From a virus, in the IMG/VR virus record IMGVR_UViG_3300030117_007501, positions 1-64,000 of that record: 64,000 nt of DNA; one strand, written 5' to 3'. Below the pieces are notes generated by a model, which was not told where the DNA came from, ran no database searches, and saw nothing but the letters and a program-made list of their open reading frames with translations. This document shows, in pieces, positions 28,655-38,516 of this stretch. Made by a program: the position numbers and the translations under genes. The number at the start of each line of letters is the position of its first letter. Positions within the stretch are counted from its first letter, which is position 1.

Positions 28655-28708
28655 CAAAGAAGAAATAATTTACTATTTATTACAGAAGTTGGGTAGGGAC
28701 AAAAAACA

Positions 28709-29083
28709 ATGGAAACAGAAATAAAGAAATACTTCGAAAAGATATCAGAAGAAAGGGGCAGAAGCCGCCAGCGAGGAATTTATAAATTCTATTGCATGAT
28801 AGGATACACAATTGAGGGCGGCGAGAAGCAGCGCGGACTGGACGATATTTTGGCAGATATAAGAGCGCTTCCTCACGTCACCATCGTGACAGTTGTGGTG
28901 GGCAATGAGCCAATAGCAGAAAAGAGGTACGTTGCGGGCTTGAGTGTTAAGTTCATTCCCAGTATTCAGGGAGAGTTTCAAACTCCCGAAAATGTAAAAA
29001 TTGATATTCTAAGATCAATGAAGAAGACAAAGAACGTCCAGAGAATATTCAAAGTTTCGCCTTCCTTGGAACGTGTGGAGTGA
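28709..29083 (+). CDS. hypothetical protein (late-type)
   Basis: ACTATTTAT at 28672; DILADIRALPHVTIV motif. Confidence 0.55.
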   Translation: METEIKKYFEKISEERGRSRQRGIYKFYCMIGYTIEGGEKQRGLDDILADIRALPHVTIVTVVVGNEPIAEKRYVAGLSVKFIPSIQGEFQTPENVKIDILRSMKKTKNVQRIFKVSPSLERVE

Positions 29084-29679
29084 TGTCGGCACGGACACGT
29101 CCAGAAGAAGTAAAGAAAGAACACATAAAGAAAATTTTTAGAGAGATATTGTTATCGGATGTGTACACTATGGCTCCGGAATCGATATCCGTAAAAGAAT
29201 CTATAGACAAAGGCACCTCAGAAATCACCTGTTCTTATGTGAGTGGTGGAAGAAAGAAAAAACTAAAGTACTCGGGCAATGGAGTAGTAGACGCACTCTT
29301 CACAGGATTGTGTTTAACAAATGTTCAGAAATACAAGTCTTTGAAAAGAATACGATTCAGTAATTTTGTAGTCAAGGCAGACTTTGATACAAAGGAGAGG
29401 CAGTCTGGCTCCGATTCCGATGTTCTGGTGGTGTTGGAGACTGTTAATGAGAAGGGGCAAAAGATGATATTTCGCCACCTTGGAAAGTCTGTTAATTTTT
29501 CCTCCACAAGAGCAGTCTTTGAGGCTGTCGAGTTTTATGTAAACTGCGAACTTTGCTTTAAGAAGCTGGTGTCGTTAACTGAGGAAGCTCGCGAGAGGGG
29601 GAGGCATGATGTTGCCTCCATGTATGTGGGAAAGTTGGTGGACATCATAAGCGTTATGACATATGAAGAAGATAGTTGA
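29080..29679 (+). CDS. LeuA/CimA regulatory (dimerisation) domain-like protein
   Basis: GNGVVDALF motif and following beta pattern. Confidence 0.45.
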   Translation: MMSARTRPEEVKKEHIKKIFREILLSDVYTMAPESISVKESIDKGTSEITCSYVSGGRKKKLKYSGNGVVDALFTGLCLTNVQKYKSLKRIRFSNFVVKADFDTKERQSGSDSDVLVVLETVNEKGQKMIFRHLGKSVNFSSTRAVFEAVEFYVNCELCFKKLVSLTEEARERGRHDVASMYVGKLVDIISVMTYEEDS

Positions 29680-29934
29680 ACACTTTAAAAGAAACATCTT
29701 TGCGCATGTGATGGCAGCAATATTAACAGCTACTATCTTCGCTGTTAAGTACATGTGTATCGTGAAATGAAGTGATAAATATTGGCTAAACGACATGTGG
29801 GGGAGATAATTAATAGGTGGGCAACAAGTTTATGAATTCGGTTCTTGTCTTGTGGATCATCGCTTGGATGTGTCTAGGTATTTTAGTTTTAGTTAACGAC
29901 AGCAACTCTAGTACAACACAGGTGCAAAAGAAAG

Positions 29935-30219
29935 ATGCCTCATATATGGAAAAAGAACGGTGTAGAGATAGAAGTGGGAGACATTGTGAATCACGTTCTT
30001 TACGGTAGAGAGTGGATAGGTATAGTAGTAAAAATAGACAGTATCGACGGCGGATTCCAAAAGAATAGAAAGAGGGCGCTAGTGTGCATGGTGCCTGGCT
30101 CAGAATACGAACATTATTTTGAAAAAGCATTTTCGAAAAAAGAAGGTACGAGAAGAGGGTGGGTTACAACAAATTGGCTGATCCGCCACGACGCAATCAA
30201 CAAAAACCTTGAAAAATAA
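29935..30219 (+). CDS. small SH3/KOW-like protein
   Basis: IEVGDIV...WIGIVV. Confidence 0.5.
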   Translation: MPHIWKKNGVEIEVGDIVNHVLYGREWIGIVVKIDSIDGGFQKNRKRALVCMVPGSEYEHYFEKAFSKKEGTRRGWVTTNWLIRHDAINKNLEK

Positions 30220-30315
30220 TATAAAATCTGATATATTTTAAAAAAAGCCTTGCATGCAAGAAATGCGTGCTTATATTATATAAAGTCCGGGAACACGAAA
30301 AGGAGAAACTTGAAA

Positions 30316-32205
30316 ATGTCAAAAGTTATCGGAATTGATTTGGGAACAACAAATAGCGCCGTCGCCGTAATGGAGAGCGGAAGTCCAAAAATAATCACAA
30401 ACGAGGAAGGAGCTAGAACTACTCCATCGGTGGTTGGGTATCTGGAAAGTGGAGAAAGAGTGGTAGGCAATCCAGCCAGAAGGCAGGCTGTCACGAACGC
30501 TAAAAACACCGTTTACTCTGCGAAAAGGTTTATGGGAATGAATTACGAGGACGTAACGAAAGAGGCGTCCGAGATGCCATATGATATAGTAAAATCTCAG
30601 TCAGGATCCTGTGAGATTGTGTTGAATGGAAAAGGACACGCACCTCAAGAAATCAGCGCCCAGGTTCTCATCAAGCTTAAGGCAGCGGCAGAATCTTATC
30701 TGGGGGAGGAAGTAAAAGAGGCAGTCATTACGGTGCCCGCTTACTTCAACGATGCTCAGAGGCAAGCTACTCGCGACGCTGGACAGATTGCGGGACTTGT
30801 GGTTAAGAGAATCATCAACGAACCAACAGCAGCAGCGCTAGCATATGGTTTGGACAAGCAGGAAGAGAAGAAAGTTGTTGTTTATGATTTGGGTGGTGGC
30901 ACTTTTGACGTATCTGTTTTGGAGATTGCCGATGGTGTAGTTGAAGTTCTGAGTACAAACGGAGACACGCACTTAGGTGGCGATGATGTCGATAGGGTTT
31001 TGATTGATTGGATCGTCGACGAGTTTAAGAAAGACTCGGGCATCGATGTATCCAAAGATTCGATGGTGATGCAGAGGCTGAGAGAAGCGGCAGAAAAAGC
31101 TAAGATAGAACTGTCGAGCACACAGCAAACGGATGTAAACCTTCCGTTTATTACTGCAGATGCCTCAGGTCCTAAGCACTTACAGCTTACTCTTGGGCGC
31201 CCAAAGTTTGAACAAATGATAGATGAACTAGTCAGAAAGACTATCGAACCAGTCAAGAACGCGCTAGAGGATGCTGGCATGTCATCGTCAGAAATAGATG
31301 AAGTTATTTTAGTTGGCGGCTCTACTAGAATCCCGTGCGTGCGAAAGGCAGTAGAGGACTTTTTCGGAAAGCAGGCAAACTCCTCTGTAAATCCGGATGA
31401 GGTTGTTGCTCTTGGAGCAGGAGTCCAGGGCGGCGTGTTTACGGGCGAGGTTAAGGACTTGCTTCTCTTGGACGTGACGCCCCTGTCTTTGGGTATCGAG
31501 ACTATGGGTGGTGTCATGACGAGGCTTATTGATAGAAACACTACGATTCCATGTTCTAAGTCGCAAGTGTTCACAACTGCCGCCGATAATCAGCCTGCCG
31601 TCGACATTAAGGTTCTTCAAGGCGAGAGAGAGTTTGCAGCGGACAACAAAGTCCTAGGAGTATTTAAGCTTGACGGTATTCCGCCTCTCCCTAGGGGAGT
31701 TCCGCAAATCGATGTCAAGTTCGATATTGACGCTAATGGGATTGTAAGCGTGATAGCCACTGACAAGGCTACGAACAAAGAGCAGAGAATTATCATTGAA
31801 AAGTCAGGAGGATCCCTGTCTAAGGGCGAGGTAGATAGGATGGTTGCCGAGGCGAAAGCTAACGAATCGAAAGACAAAGAGCGCCGTCAGCAGGTAGAAG
31901 ACAGAAATAACCTTGAATCTACTGCGTTTCAAGCTGAAAAGCTTCTTAAGGAAAACCCAGACAAGATTTCAGAGGCTACCGCTGCCAACGTGCAGAGAGC
32001 TATCGACTCTGCAAAAGCTTGCCTGACTCAAGAAAGCACTCCGGAACTGATAAAGAAGGAGCTTGGTGCCTTAACTCAGGCAATGCAGGCAGCAGGGAAA
32101 GAGATGTATGAATCAGCAGCGCAAAGCCAACAACCCCCAACAGAGGAGCCAAAGAATTCAAGTGAGGACGACGACGTTGTGGACGCTGAGTTTAAGGAAG
32201 TTTAG
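30316..32205 (+). CDS. dnaK: Hsp70 chaperone DnaK
   Basis: [34 protein letters not shown]-terminal DVVDAEF; true start ATG 30316 after AGGAG. Confidence 0.98.
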   Translation: MSKVIGIDLGTTNSAVAVMESGSPKIITNEEGARTTPSVVGYLESGERVVGNPARRQAVTNAKNTVYSAKRFMGMNYEDVTKEASEMPYDIVKSQSGSCEIVLNGKGHAPQEISAQVLIKLKAAAESYLGEEVKEAVITVPAYFNDAQRQATRDAGQIAGLVVKRIINEPTAAALAYGLDKQEEKKVVVYDLGGGTFDVSVLEIADGVVEVLSTNGDTHLGGDDVDRVLIDWIVDEFKKDSGIDVSKDSMVMQRLREAAEKAKIELSSTQQTDVNLPFITADASGPKHLQLTLGRPKFEQMIDELVRKTIEPVKNALEDAGMSSSEIDEVILVGGSTRIPCVRKAVEDFFGKQANSSVNPDEVVALGAGVQGGVFTGEVKDLLLLDVTPLSLGIETMGGVMTRLIDRNTTIPCSKSQVFTTAADNQPAVDIKVLQGEREFAADNKVLGVFKLDGIPPLPRGVPQIDVKFDIDANGIVSVIATDKATNKEQRIIIEKSGGSLSKGEVDRMVAEAKANESKDKERRQQVEDRNNLESTAFQAEKLLKENPDKISEATAANVQRAIDSAKACLTQESTPELIKKELGALTQAMQAAGKEMYESAAQSQQPPTEEPKNSSEDDDVVDAEFKEV

Positions 32206-32211
32206 AAGCAG

Positions 32212-32445
32212 GTGAAGCTCAAGACGTTGGACTTGCACAGGGTAAGGCATGCCGATGTCGAAAATCTTGTTTGCAATTTTCTAAATTGGACTGAGCCTCC
32301 ATGCAGGATTATTACTGGCAACTCTGAAAAAATGAAAGCAATTGTCAAAGAAATTATTAAAAAATATAAGTATTCTTGCTATAATGAGAGCATGTACAAT
32401 CATGGAAGTTTGATTGTTGTGGAGGAATCTGAATATGATTTTTAG
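32212..32445 (+). CDS. stand-alone Smr-like domain protein
   Basis: TLDLH...RIITGNS...NHGSLIV. Confidence 0.65.
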   Translation: MKLKTLDLHRVRHADVENLVCNFLNWTEPPCRIITGNSEKMKAIVKEIIKKYKYSCYNESMYNHGSLIVVEESEYDF

Positions 32446-32722
32446 TAAGAAGTGTTGCGCATTGCTATTTATGCTTGTTTTGGCATGTGGGCAGGTTGAA
32501 GGTGAAGTGGAGCATGTCCATACCTTCTCGGAGCCCGCAAGCGAGGAAGATACAGGCTGTGGTATGCCGGAGGTTCACGGGGCGGACGCATCCTTTCCGT
32601 GTGAGGATAATTGGATATGTCACAGCCCCAGTACAAAGATGCACAATCAGGTGTGTACGTCAGAGTGTATGGTGCCTGGAGATAGTAGAACATACTGTTG
32701 GCTTAAAGAGTGCCACAGATAA
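32435..32722 (+). CDS. small Cys-rich lipoprotein
   Basis: lipobox VLAC; several Cys. Confidence 0.55.
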   Translation: MIFSKKCCALLFMLVLACGQVEGEVEHVHTFSEPASEEDTGCGMPEVHGADASFPCEDNWICHSPSTKMHNQVCTSECMVPGDSRTYCWLKECHR

Positions 32723-32737
32723 GAAAGGAGATGAAAA

Positions 32738-32923
32738 ATGGAAAAAGATATTAAAGTTCACGCAGAGCCGAGAGAGGATGTCAAGAGGAGCAATAGCCCG
32801 ACTGATGCTCTGATGAGTACGTCATGTTTAGATATGTATAAATCCTTGACTTTGCCGCAAAAGTTTGCGTTCAGGGTTAAGCAAGTTTTGCGTCCACGCG
32901 ACAGCTATGTTGAGAGGGTTTAA
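32738..32923 (+). CDS. hypothetical protein
   Basis: AAGGAG RBS. Confidence 0.45.
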   Translation: MEKDIKVHAEPREDVKRSNSPTDALMSTSCLDMYKSLTLPQKFAFRVKQVLRPRDSYVERV

Positions 32924-32925
32924 GA

Positions 32926-33195
32926 ATGGCATTGAGTCGTCAGAAAAAAAGAAAGCTGGAGTTCTTGATGAACACTGTCACAATTGTGCTTCTCTTGGGG
33001 CTGGTTGGAGTTAGTTTTATGATAATGAAAACTACTGCGGAGTCCAATTCGCTTTCTATAGACGTAACAAACATGAGAAGCAAAAAGGAATCAAAGGTTG
33101 TTCAAGAGATGAGACTGATGACGTTGCAGATGAAAAACCTACAAAAAGATATTGAAGAGATAAGAGATAGAGTAGAAAATCAAAATAATAATTGA
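32926..33195 (+). CDS. hypothetical TM + coiled-coil protein
   Basis: single TM helix then heptad pattern. Confidence 0.5.
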   Translation: MALSRQKKRKLEFLMNTVTIVLLLGLVGVSFMIMKTTAESNSLSIDVTNMRSKKESKVVQEMRLMTLQMKNLQKDIEEIRDRVENQNNN

Positions 33196-33269
33196 TTTTT
33201 TAAAAACAATATGTTATTATATACAAGCAAAATTCGACATTAGGCTGTCGAACACTATAAGGAGCAAAA

Positions 33270-33707
33270 GTGAGTAATAAAACAGTAGAGACAGGAAACA
33301 AGGTTAAGGTACACTACAAGGGAACTTTCAACGACGGCACTGTGTTTGACAGTTCGTACGACAGAGGTACCCCTATTGACGTTGAAGTCGGCGCCGGACA
33401 GGTTATTGCAGGTTTCGATGAGGCTCTTGCCGGTATGAAGACTGGAGACACAAAGACTATCAACCTAACGCCCGACAAGGCGTATGGAGAGAGAAATCTT
33501 GAAGCAATCGTCGAAGTGTCAAAGTCTAACTTTCCAGAAAACTTTGTTTTCACTGAGGGTGAAGTTGTACAGGGTACTAACGAGGCAGGCTTTCCACTAG
33601 TTGGAACACTTCAGGAAGATAAGGGCGAAGCAGTCGTGGTTGACTTCAATCATCCCATGGCAGGAAAAACCCTAAATTTTGATATTGAGGTGGTTGACAT
33701 CGAGTAA
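33270..33707 (+). CDS. FKBP-type peptidyl-prolyl isomerase (SlyD/SlpA-like)
   Basis: VHYKG, FDSS, VIAGFDEAL, AYG, DFNHPMAGKTLNF. Confidence 0.93.
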   Translation: MSNKTVETGNKVKVHYKGTFNDGTVFDSSYDRGTPIDVEVGAGQVIAGFDEALAGMKTGDTKTINLTPDKAYGERNLEAIVEVSKSNFPENFVFTEGEVVQGTNEAGFPLVGTLQEDKGEAVVVDFNHPMAGKTLNFDIEVVDIE

Positions 33708-33721
33708 AACTACTTACTAAT

Positions 33722-33940
33722 ATGAAAGTAGGAGACTTGGTTAAAGTGCCAGGGGTGTCCCTTCAAACCTATGCACTCTTTAATAATTTGGGGTTTGTTT
33801 GCTCTGAAGAAAACGAGGTTGGCATTGTAGGAGTTTGGATAATGGGCGCCCGGCACTTTTTATTTAAATCAGACATAGAACTCATAAGCTCTATAGATAA
33901 GAGATACAATGGGAACAAATCATTATGGCAGAAGAAATAG
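33722..33940 (+). CDS. small SH3/KOW-like protein
   Basis: MKVGDLVKV. Confidence 0.55.
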   Translation: MKVGDLVKVPGVSLQTYALFNNLGFVCSEENEVGIVGVWIMGARHFLFKSDIELISSIDKRYNGNKSLWQKK

Positions 33941-34149
33941 AAGAAAGCCAACCTAGTAGCTCGGAAGAACCCCCGGGCCCGCGCAAAGACTTAGTAAAAA
34001 TGATAGGGAGGTACGGCATCGAAAATGTGTTACAATCCTTCATTGATTACACTCAGCCGACAGAGCATCAAGAAAAGCATATTGCAGATCTTCACGCGCG
34101 GCTAGTTATGGCTCTTAAGACATATCAAAAAAGCTACGACAAGGACTGA
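33925..34149 (+). CDS. hypothetical protein
   Basis: ORF in operon. Confidence 0.45.
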   Translation: MAEEIEESQPSSSEEPPGPRKDLVKMIGRYGIENVLQSFIDYTQPTEHQEKHIADLHARLVMALKTYQKSYDKD

Positions 34150-34158
34150 GTTTGTACT

Positions 34159-34389
34159 GTGACTTACCAATCGATTGTAAAAGGTTCGTTGGTGAGGAAG
34201 TACATGTATGCCAATTTAAAAGATGTAAATCTTTACGGGATTGTGTTGGGATACGCGCTATCAGAGTCATACGGTGGGGACATATGCGTTAGAGTGTATT
34301 GGTTTAAGTCGGATAGCGACATACTAAGAAAAGTCCCCCATGTTCAGCTTGAGTTCGTCAGCATGCTCAATAAAGTAGAAATGGAATGA
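34159..34389 (+). CDS. small SH3/KOW-like protein
   Basis: VKGSLVR...YGIVL...VRVYW. Confidence 0.45.
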   Translation: MTYQSIVKGSLVRKYMYANLKDVNLYGIVLGYALSESYGGDICVRVYWFKSDSDILRKVPHVQLEFVSMLNKVEME

Positions 34390-34549
34390 ACATTAGGAAA
34401 TACGTCTTGTTTCCTCTGCCGCCTCGCAGGGTTGAAAAGATAAGAAAAATATCTGACAAAAAAGACAGAAATGAAGAAAAAAAGCACTTGAAAAATTAAA
34501 AATGATGTGATATCATAAAATATATGATTCACAGAGTAGTTATTAAGAA

Positions 34550-35104
34550 GTGTTAAGAGTTTTGTTAATAATGTTGATGTCTCCCGCCCTCGCGTACGGC
34601 TCTAGCCCATTGGGACTCCCATGGGGAAAAGAAATTCCCAATTCTTACAGCGAATATAAGGACTACAAGTACCTTTGGGGAGACACCAGCTGGGGAGCAA
34701 TGAGGTTCCTAGGCTGGCTGGGTGAAGATTTCCGTTCAGAAGTTCTTTTGACGTTTACAGGCAAAAAGATAGGAAAAGCATATCTCCTTTTGGGGCCCGA
34801 GGGCATCACTGACAGCAACTGCTTTAAGCAATATAGAAAAATAGTCAACGGACTTAATAAGAAGTACGGACAGTACTATCGAAGAAACTTAACTAAAGAG
34901 TCAATCATTGAAGACTTAGTGTTTGTTAATGAGTGTTACGCCATGCGAGTCGGCGTTGCTGAGATAGAAACAAAGTGGAGGATTGACAATTTTGAAATTA
35001 ACGCTTTCATGTTTTCTGACGAAAATGAATTGTATATAGAAGTGGAATACATTTATTTGCCTTTAAACAAAATACAGACAGAAAACATACACGAACATTT
35101 ATAG
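34550..35104 (+). CDS. exported hypothetical protein
   Basis: signal peptide, LGLPWG motif. Confidence 0.55.
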   Translation: MLRVLLIMLMSPALAYGSSPLGLPWGKEIPNSYSEYKDYKYLWGDTSWGAMRFLGWLGEDFRSEVLLTFTGKKIGKAYLLLGPEGITDSNCFKQYRKIVNGLNKKYGQYYRRNLTKESIIEDLVFVNECYAMRVGVAEIETKWRIDNFEINAFMFSDENELYIEVEYIYLPLNKIQTENIHEHL

Positions 35105-35114
35105 GAGAAATTAA

Positions 35115-35327
35115 TTGTTTAGTAACGCAAAGAGCCTCTATATTGAAAGCGCCAGTGGGGACGTAGAGGCTGTAGAAATTTATGAACATCACGGAAAAAT
35201 CATGGTAGAAATCGGGGATAGCTTTCGCATCTCCATTGATCCAGACGATGCTTTTGATATCGCTGATGCTCTGACGTTGGTTGCGAATGGAACTCAATCA
35301 CATGTTGGAGGGGAGTGGAATGTCTAG
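35115..35327 (+). CDS. hypothetical protein
   Basis: AGGAG RBS. Confidence 0.5.
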   Translation: MFSNAKSLYIESASGDVEAVEIYEHHGKIMVEIGDSFRISIDPDDAFDIADALTLVANGTQSHVGGEWNV

Positions 35328-35517
35328 AATGTACCTTTCAGGCCCGAAGGGTATGGAGCGTATAGCTCACTTTCCAACAGAAAAAATCAAGAACATAACA
35401 AAAGAGGAAGTATTCAAAAGGGTTAAGTGTCTGTTGGAGGACAACATAGACTTGACTTCTGGAAACGAATCTGATATAATTACAATTGCCAACGAAATCG
35501 CAGACATGTTTGAATAA
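35320..35517 (+). CDS. hypothetical protein
   Basis: GGAG RBS before ATG 35320. Confidence 0.45.
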   Translation: MSRMYLSGPKGMERIAHFPTEKIKNITKEEVFKRVKCLLEDNIDLTSGNESDIITIANEIADMFE

Positions 35518-35537
35518 AACATAAGAAAGGTTTTAAA

Positions 35538-36293
35538 ATGAAGACTTATAATCAACTTGTTTCGTTTATGAGGACGAAGCAGTTTGCCATCGACGTGATG
35601 GCTTTGGTGGAGAGCGTTGTGGGTGATAACTTCAAGTCCCTTCGAAGGCTCGAACCGTCCATTAAGACTCTGAATGACTATGTTCAGCACGTGGAAGAGA
35701 ACAAGGGGCAGCAGACTGTCTTCCTGACTGTACGCTCGGCGTACGAATTCGAGTACGCCATTAAGAGGGTTTTGTCAGACAATGGTTTTGATACCGTGTC
35801 GAAGCTTCACAACGCACAAGAGCAGAAAAACGATTTCGGCGTCCGCGTGAGGGATAGGAGAGATGTCGTCTACTTTGAGGTGAAGACTAGCCAAAGTGAT
35901 AATGGCTGGACGGGCTCATCTCATTCGGAGGGCAGCGGAAAGATTGACAACTATGTTCTTGTCAACTATGAACTGGATAAGGATATGGACTTGCCGCCTC
36001 TGTCGACATCTGCAATACATGGGATGTTTAAGTCAGCTCACTTCTCAGTAGTTGATAGTTTTGATGTGGGATGGAAAGGGGAGGCAACAGACAAGAGCAG
36101 CTTCACCACAGCAAAGATTCACAAGTCACAGATACCAACTTATTCTAGCTATATTTCTCTCGGATCCGTGGAGCCTAAGAAGAAGTGGTGCAAGATTGTC
36201 AAAGAGTCTCTTGACAAGTATCGTGACAACAACAATAAGCTAATGAAAACCAATAACACAAACAAGGAGAAAATTAATGTCATTGCCGCTTAA
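35538..36293 (+). CDS. putative PD-(D/E)xK endonuclease
   Basis: YEFE...NDF...YFEVKTS; overlaps the methyltransferase start. Confidence 0.5.
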   Translation: MKTYNQLVSFMRTKQFAIDVMALVESVVGDNFKSLRRLEPSIKTLNDYVQHVEENKGQQTVFLTVRSAYEFEYAIKRVLSDNGFDTVSKLHNAQEQKNDFGVRVRDRRDVVYFEVKTSQSDNGWTGSSHSEGSGKIDNYVLVNYELDKDMDLPPLSTSAIHGMFKSAHFSVVDSFDVGWKGEATDKSSFTTAKIHKSQIPTYSSYISLGSVEPKKKWCKIVKESLDKYRDNNNKLMKTNNTNKEKINVIAA

Positions 36294-37536
36294 TAGTATT
36301 TTATGTGGAAACTCAGTTGAAAAGCTCAAGCTTCTGCCTGACGGCAGTGTCGACTTAACTGTTACTTCTCCACCCTATGACGACATTAGATTTTATTCAG
36401 ATGAGTTCACCGCTGCATTTAACAAGTCTGTTGACGACTTTGAAAATGAAAAAGAATACAAGAGGGCACTCTCTGCCTTCAAGAGGGAGAGGATTGCAGA
36501 AAAACTCACAGAGAATAATGGATATTCGTTTCCGTTCGAGGACATTGCAGACGAGCTTCATAGGGTGACTAAACCTGGAGGAGTTGTTGTCTGGGTTGTC
36601 GGCGACGCAGTTGACAAGGGCAGTGAGTCTGGGAGTTCTTTCCGACAAGCTTTGTATTTCAAGGACATTGGATTCAACATTCACGACACTATGATATACG
36701 AGAAGAATGGTACGGCTTTTCCGGCTAGAAGGGACGGAAATAGATACTCTCAGATTTTTGAGTACATGTTTGTTTTCACAAAGGGGAAGCCAAAGACTCA
36801 TAAGCTTGTGTGCGATAAGCCCAACAAGTGGACTGGATGGGGAAGCTTTAACGATAAGTTTAACTTTGACTCCATCGATGAAAGCCATACAGAGAAGGAG
36901 AAGGAGGAGTTGTATGGACTCATTCGGAAAGCTCTTAAGTCAATGGGGTACAAGGAGACGCAAGACGGAGTGACAATCGACGACGATGGTTTCGATTTTA
37001 GAAAAGTAGATTATTCTAAGTTGGGGCTCGGCATCTCCTCAATGAGGGGTAAGGACGGAAAACTAAAAAGCAGAGTACAAAAGCCAGTGCCAGAATTCTC
37101 ACCAAGAAACAACATCTGGAAGTACAACACGGGAAAGAACTTCTCAACAAAGGATAAGATTGCGTTCGAACACCCGGCAATCTACCCAGAAAAGTTGGTT
37201 GAGGATCACGTCCTAACTTGGACTGAGCCTGGAGACGTCGTGTTGGATCCTTTCGTGGGCTCTGGTACAACTACGAAGATGGCTCACTTGAATGGTAGAG
37301 ACTGGATTGGGATTGATATCTCTCAAAAGTATGCTGAACTGGCAAGAGAGAGAATGAAGATTGCAGAGAAGCTTAAGCAAGAAGGGTATGTGAGAGAGAT
37401 TGTCACCAGTAGTCAAGAAACGATTACCAGTGATGGAAAGCTATCTCACAAGGAAATCAGTTCAATGAACAAAAAGACAATGGTTGAGACAATGCTTAAG
37501 TGGCAAGATGAAATAGCCAATCTTAAAAAGAAATGA
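36277..37536 (+). CDS. beta-class N4-C/N6-A DNA methyltransferase
   Basis: TSPPY, HPAIYP, VLDPFVGSGTT. Confidence 0.92.
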   Translation: MSLPLNSILCGNSVEKLKLLPDGSVDLTVTSPPYDDIRFYSDEFTAAFNKSVDDFENEKEYKRALSAFKRERIAEKLTENNGYSFPFEDIADELHRVTKPGGVVVWVVGDAVDKGSESGSSFRQALYFKDIGFNIHDTMIYEKNGTAFPARRDGNRYSQIFEYMFVFTKGKPKTHKLVCDKPNKWTGWGSFNDKFNFDSIDESHTEKEKEELYGLIRKALKSMGYKETQDGVTIDDDGFDFRKVDYSKLGLGISSMRGKDGKLKSRVQKPVPEFSPRNNIWKYNTGKNFSTKDKIAFEHPAIYPEKLVEDHVLTWTEPGDVVLDPFVGSGTTTKMAHLNGRDWIGIDISQKYAELARERMKIAEKLKQEGYVREIVTSSQETITSDGKLSHKEISSMNKKTMVETMLKWQDEIANLKKK

Positions 37537-37616
37537 CTCTTGATGACTACATTAGTGCTCTGGTGGTGGTTTCTTTAATATTGTTTCTGTATAGTTTTAG
37601 TGGGAGGATGTAGAAA

Positions 37617-38180
37617 ATGAGGCGCTGCCGAACAGAGGAAATGTGGAACGCGATAACGCACTCTTTTGGTTTAGGCATGTGCCTGTCTTTCTTCATGGTG
37701 GGAGACATCCAGACAAGAGTCATTACATCGATGCTATGTCTTACGTATTTGTTTTCGGTGTTGTATCACGGCACAGAGAAACAGTCAATAAAAAATACAT
37801 TTAGAATGATGGACATGGCTTCGATACATGCCACCATAGCATGCACTTCTGTCTCATATCTGATTATTGGCGACGCTGGTATCTTTCCGGCGATAGTGTG
37901 CCTTGTAGCCGGCGCAGCTGGAAGCCAGTTCGTAATAGCGAGCTATGGAACTACTTTCTTGGAAAGGACTGCCGTATTTTCGTTTGTAGCAAATGGTGTC
38001 TTGTGCTTGATGCTGATTGTCTTTTGTACATCATCGTTGTCTCCATACTTTGTTGTTGGATCCGTAGTGTACCTGTTGGGTTTGCGATTCTATGTACATG
38101 ATTACATAAGATTCTACCATACTGTGTGGCATGTTTTTGTATTGGTTGCGTCACTTATACATGTGCTCGGTACTATGTAA
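37617..38180 (+). CDS. hemolysin III / PAQR family membrane protein
   Basis: EEMWNAITH, SVLYH, D..SI, HTVWHVFV. Confidence 0.85.
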   Translation: MRRCRTEEMWNAITHSFGLGMCLSFFMVGDIQTRVITSMLCLTYLFSVLYHGTEKQSIKNTFRMMDMASIHATIACTSVSYLIIGDAGIFPAIVCLVAGAAGSQFVIASYGTTFLERTAVFSFVANGVLCLMLIVFCTSSLSPYFVVGSVVYLLGLRFYVHDYIRFYHTVWHVFVLVASLIHVLGTM

Positions 38181-38183
38181 TGT

Positions 38184-38381
38184 ATGGAAGAGTACGAAAT
38201 AGGGGATTTGGTAGTCTCGTATCTGTTCAACACGTCTATGCTTGAACCGGAGCTGTTGCAGTTTGGAGTCATAGTCAACGTCAATAGAAATCTCAGAGAC
38301 ATTATGGTTCTTGACAATGCTGGATACAAGAGATGGTACCCCTGTAGACGCTGGCGCATCTTAAGGAAGAAGAACACGTGA
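38184..38381 (+). CDS. small SH3/KOW-like protein
   Basis: YEIGDLV...FGVIV. Confidence 0.5.
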   Translation: MEEYEIGDLVVSYLFNTSMLEPELLQFGVIVNVNRNLRDIMVLDNAGYKRWYPCRRWRILRKKNT

Positions 38382-38463
38382 TGGATTTTTTGATATCGTA
38401 CGGACTGACGTTAGCTTTGTTAGTTCTGCTCGGAGAACTCTTTTTTGGTGTGTCAAAAAAGTC

Positions 38464-38492
38464 TTGACAATTTAAAAAAAATCATTTAAGAT
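38464..38492 (+). promoter_or_regulatory. sigma70-type promoter
   Basis: TTGACA-N17-TAAGAT. Confidence 0.7.
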
Positions 38493-38516
38493 AATAAAAA
38501 AGTTTGGAGATTTCAT

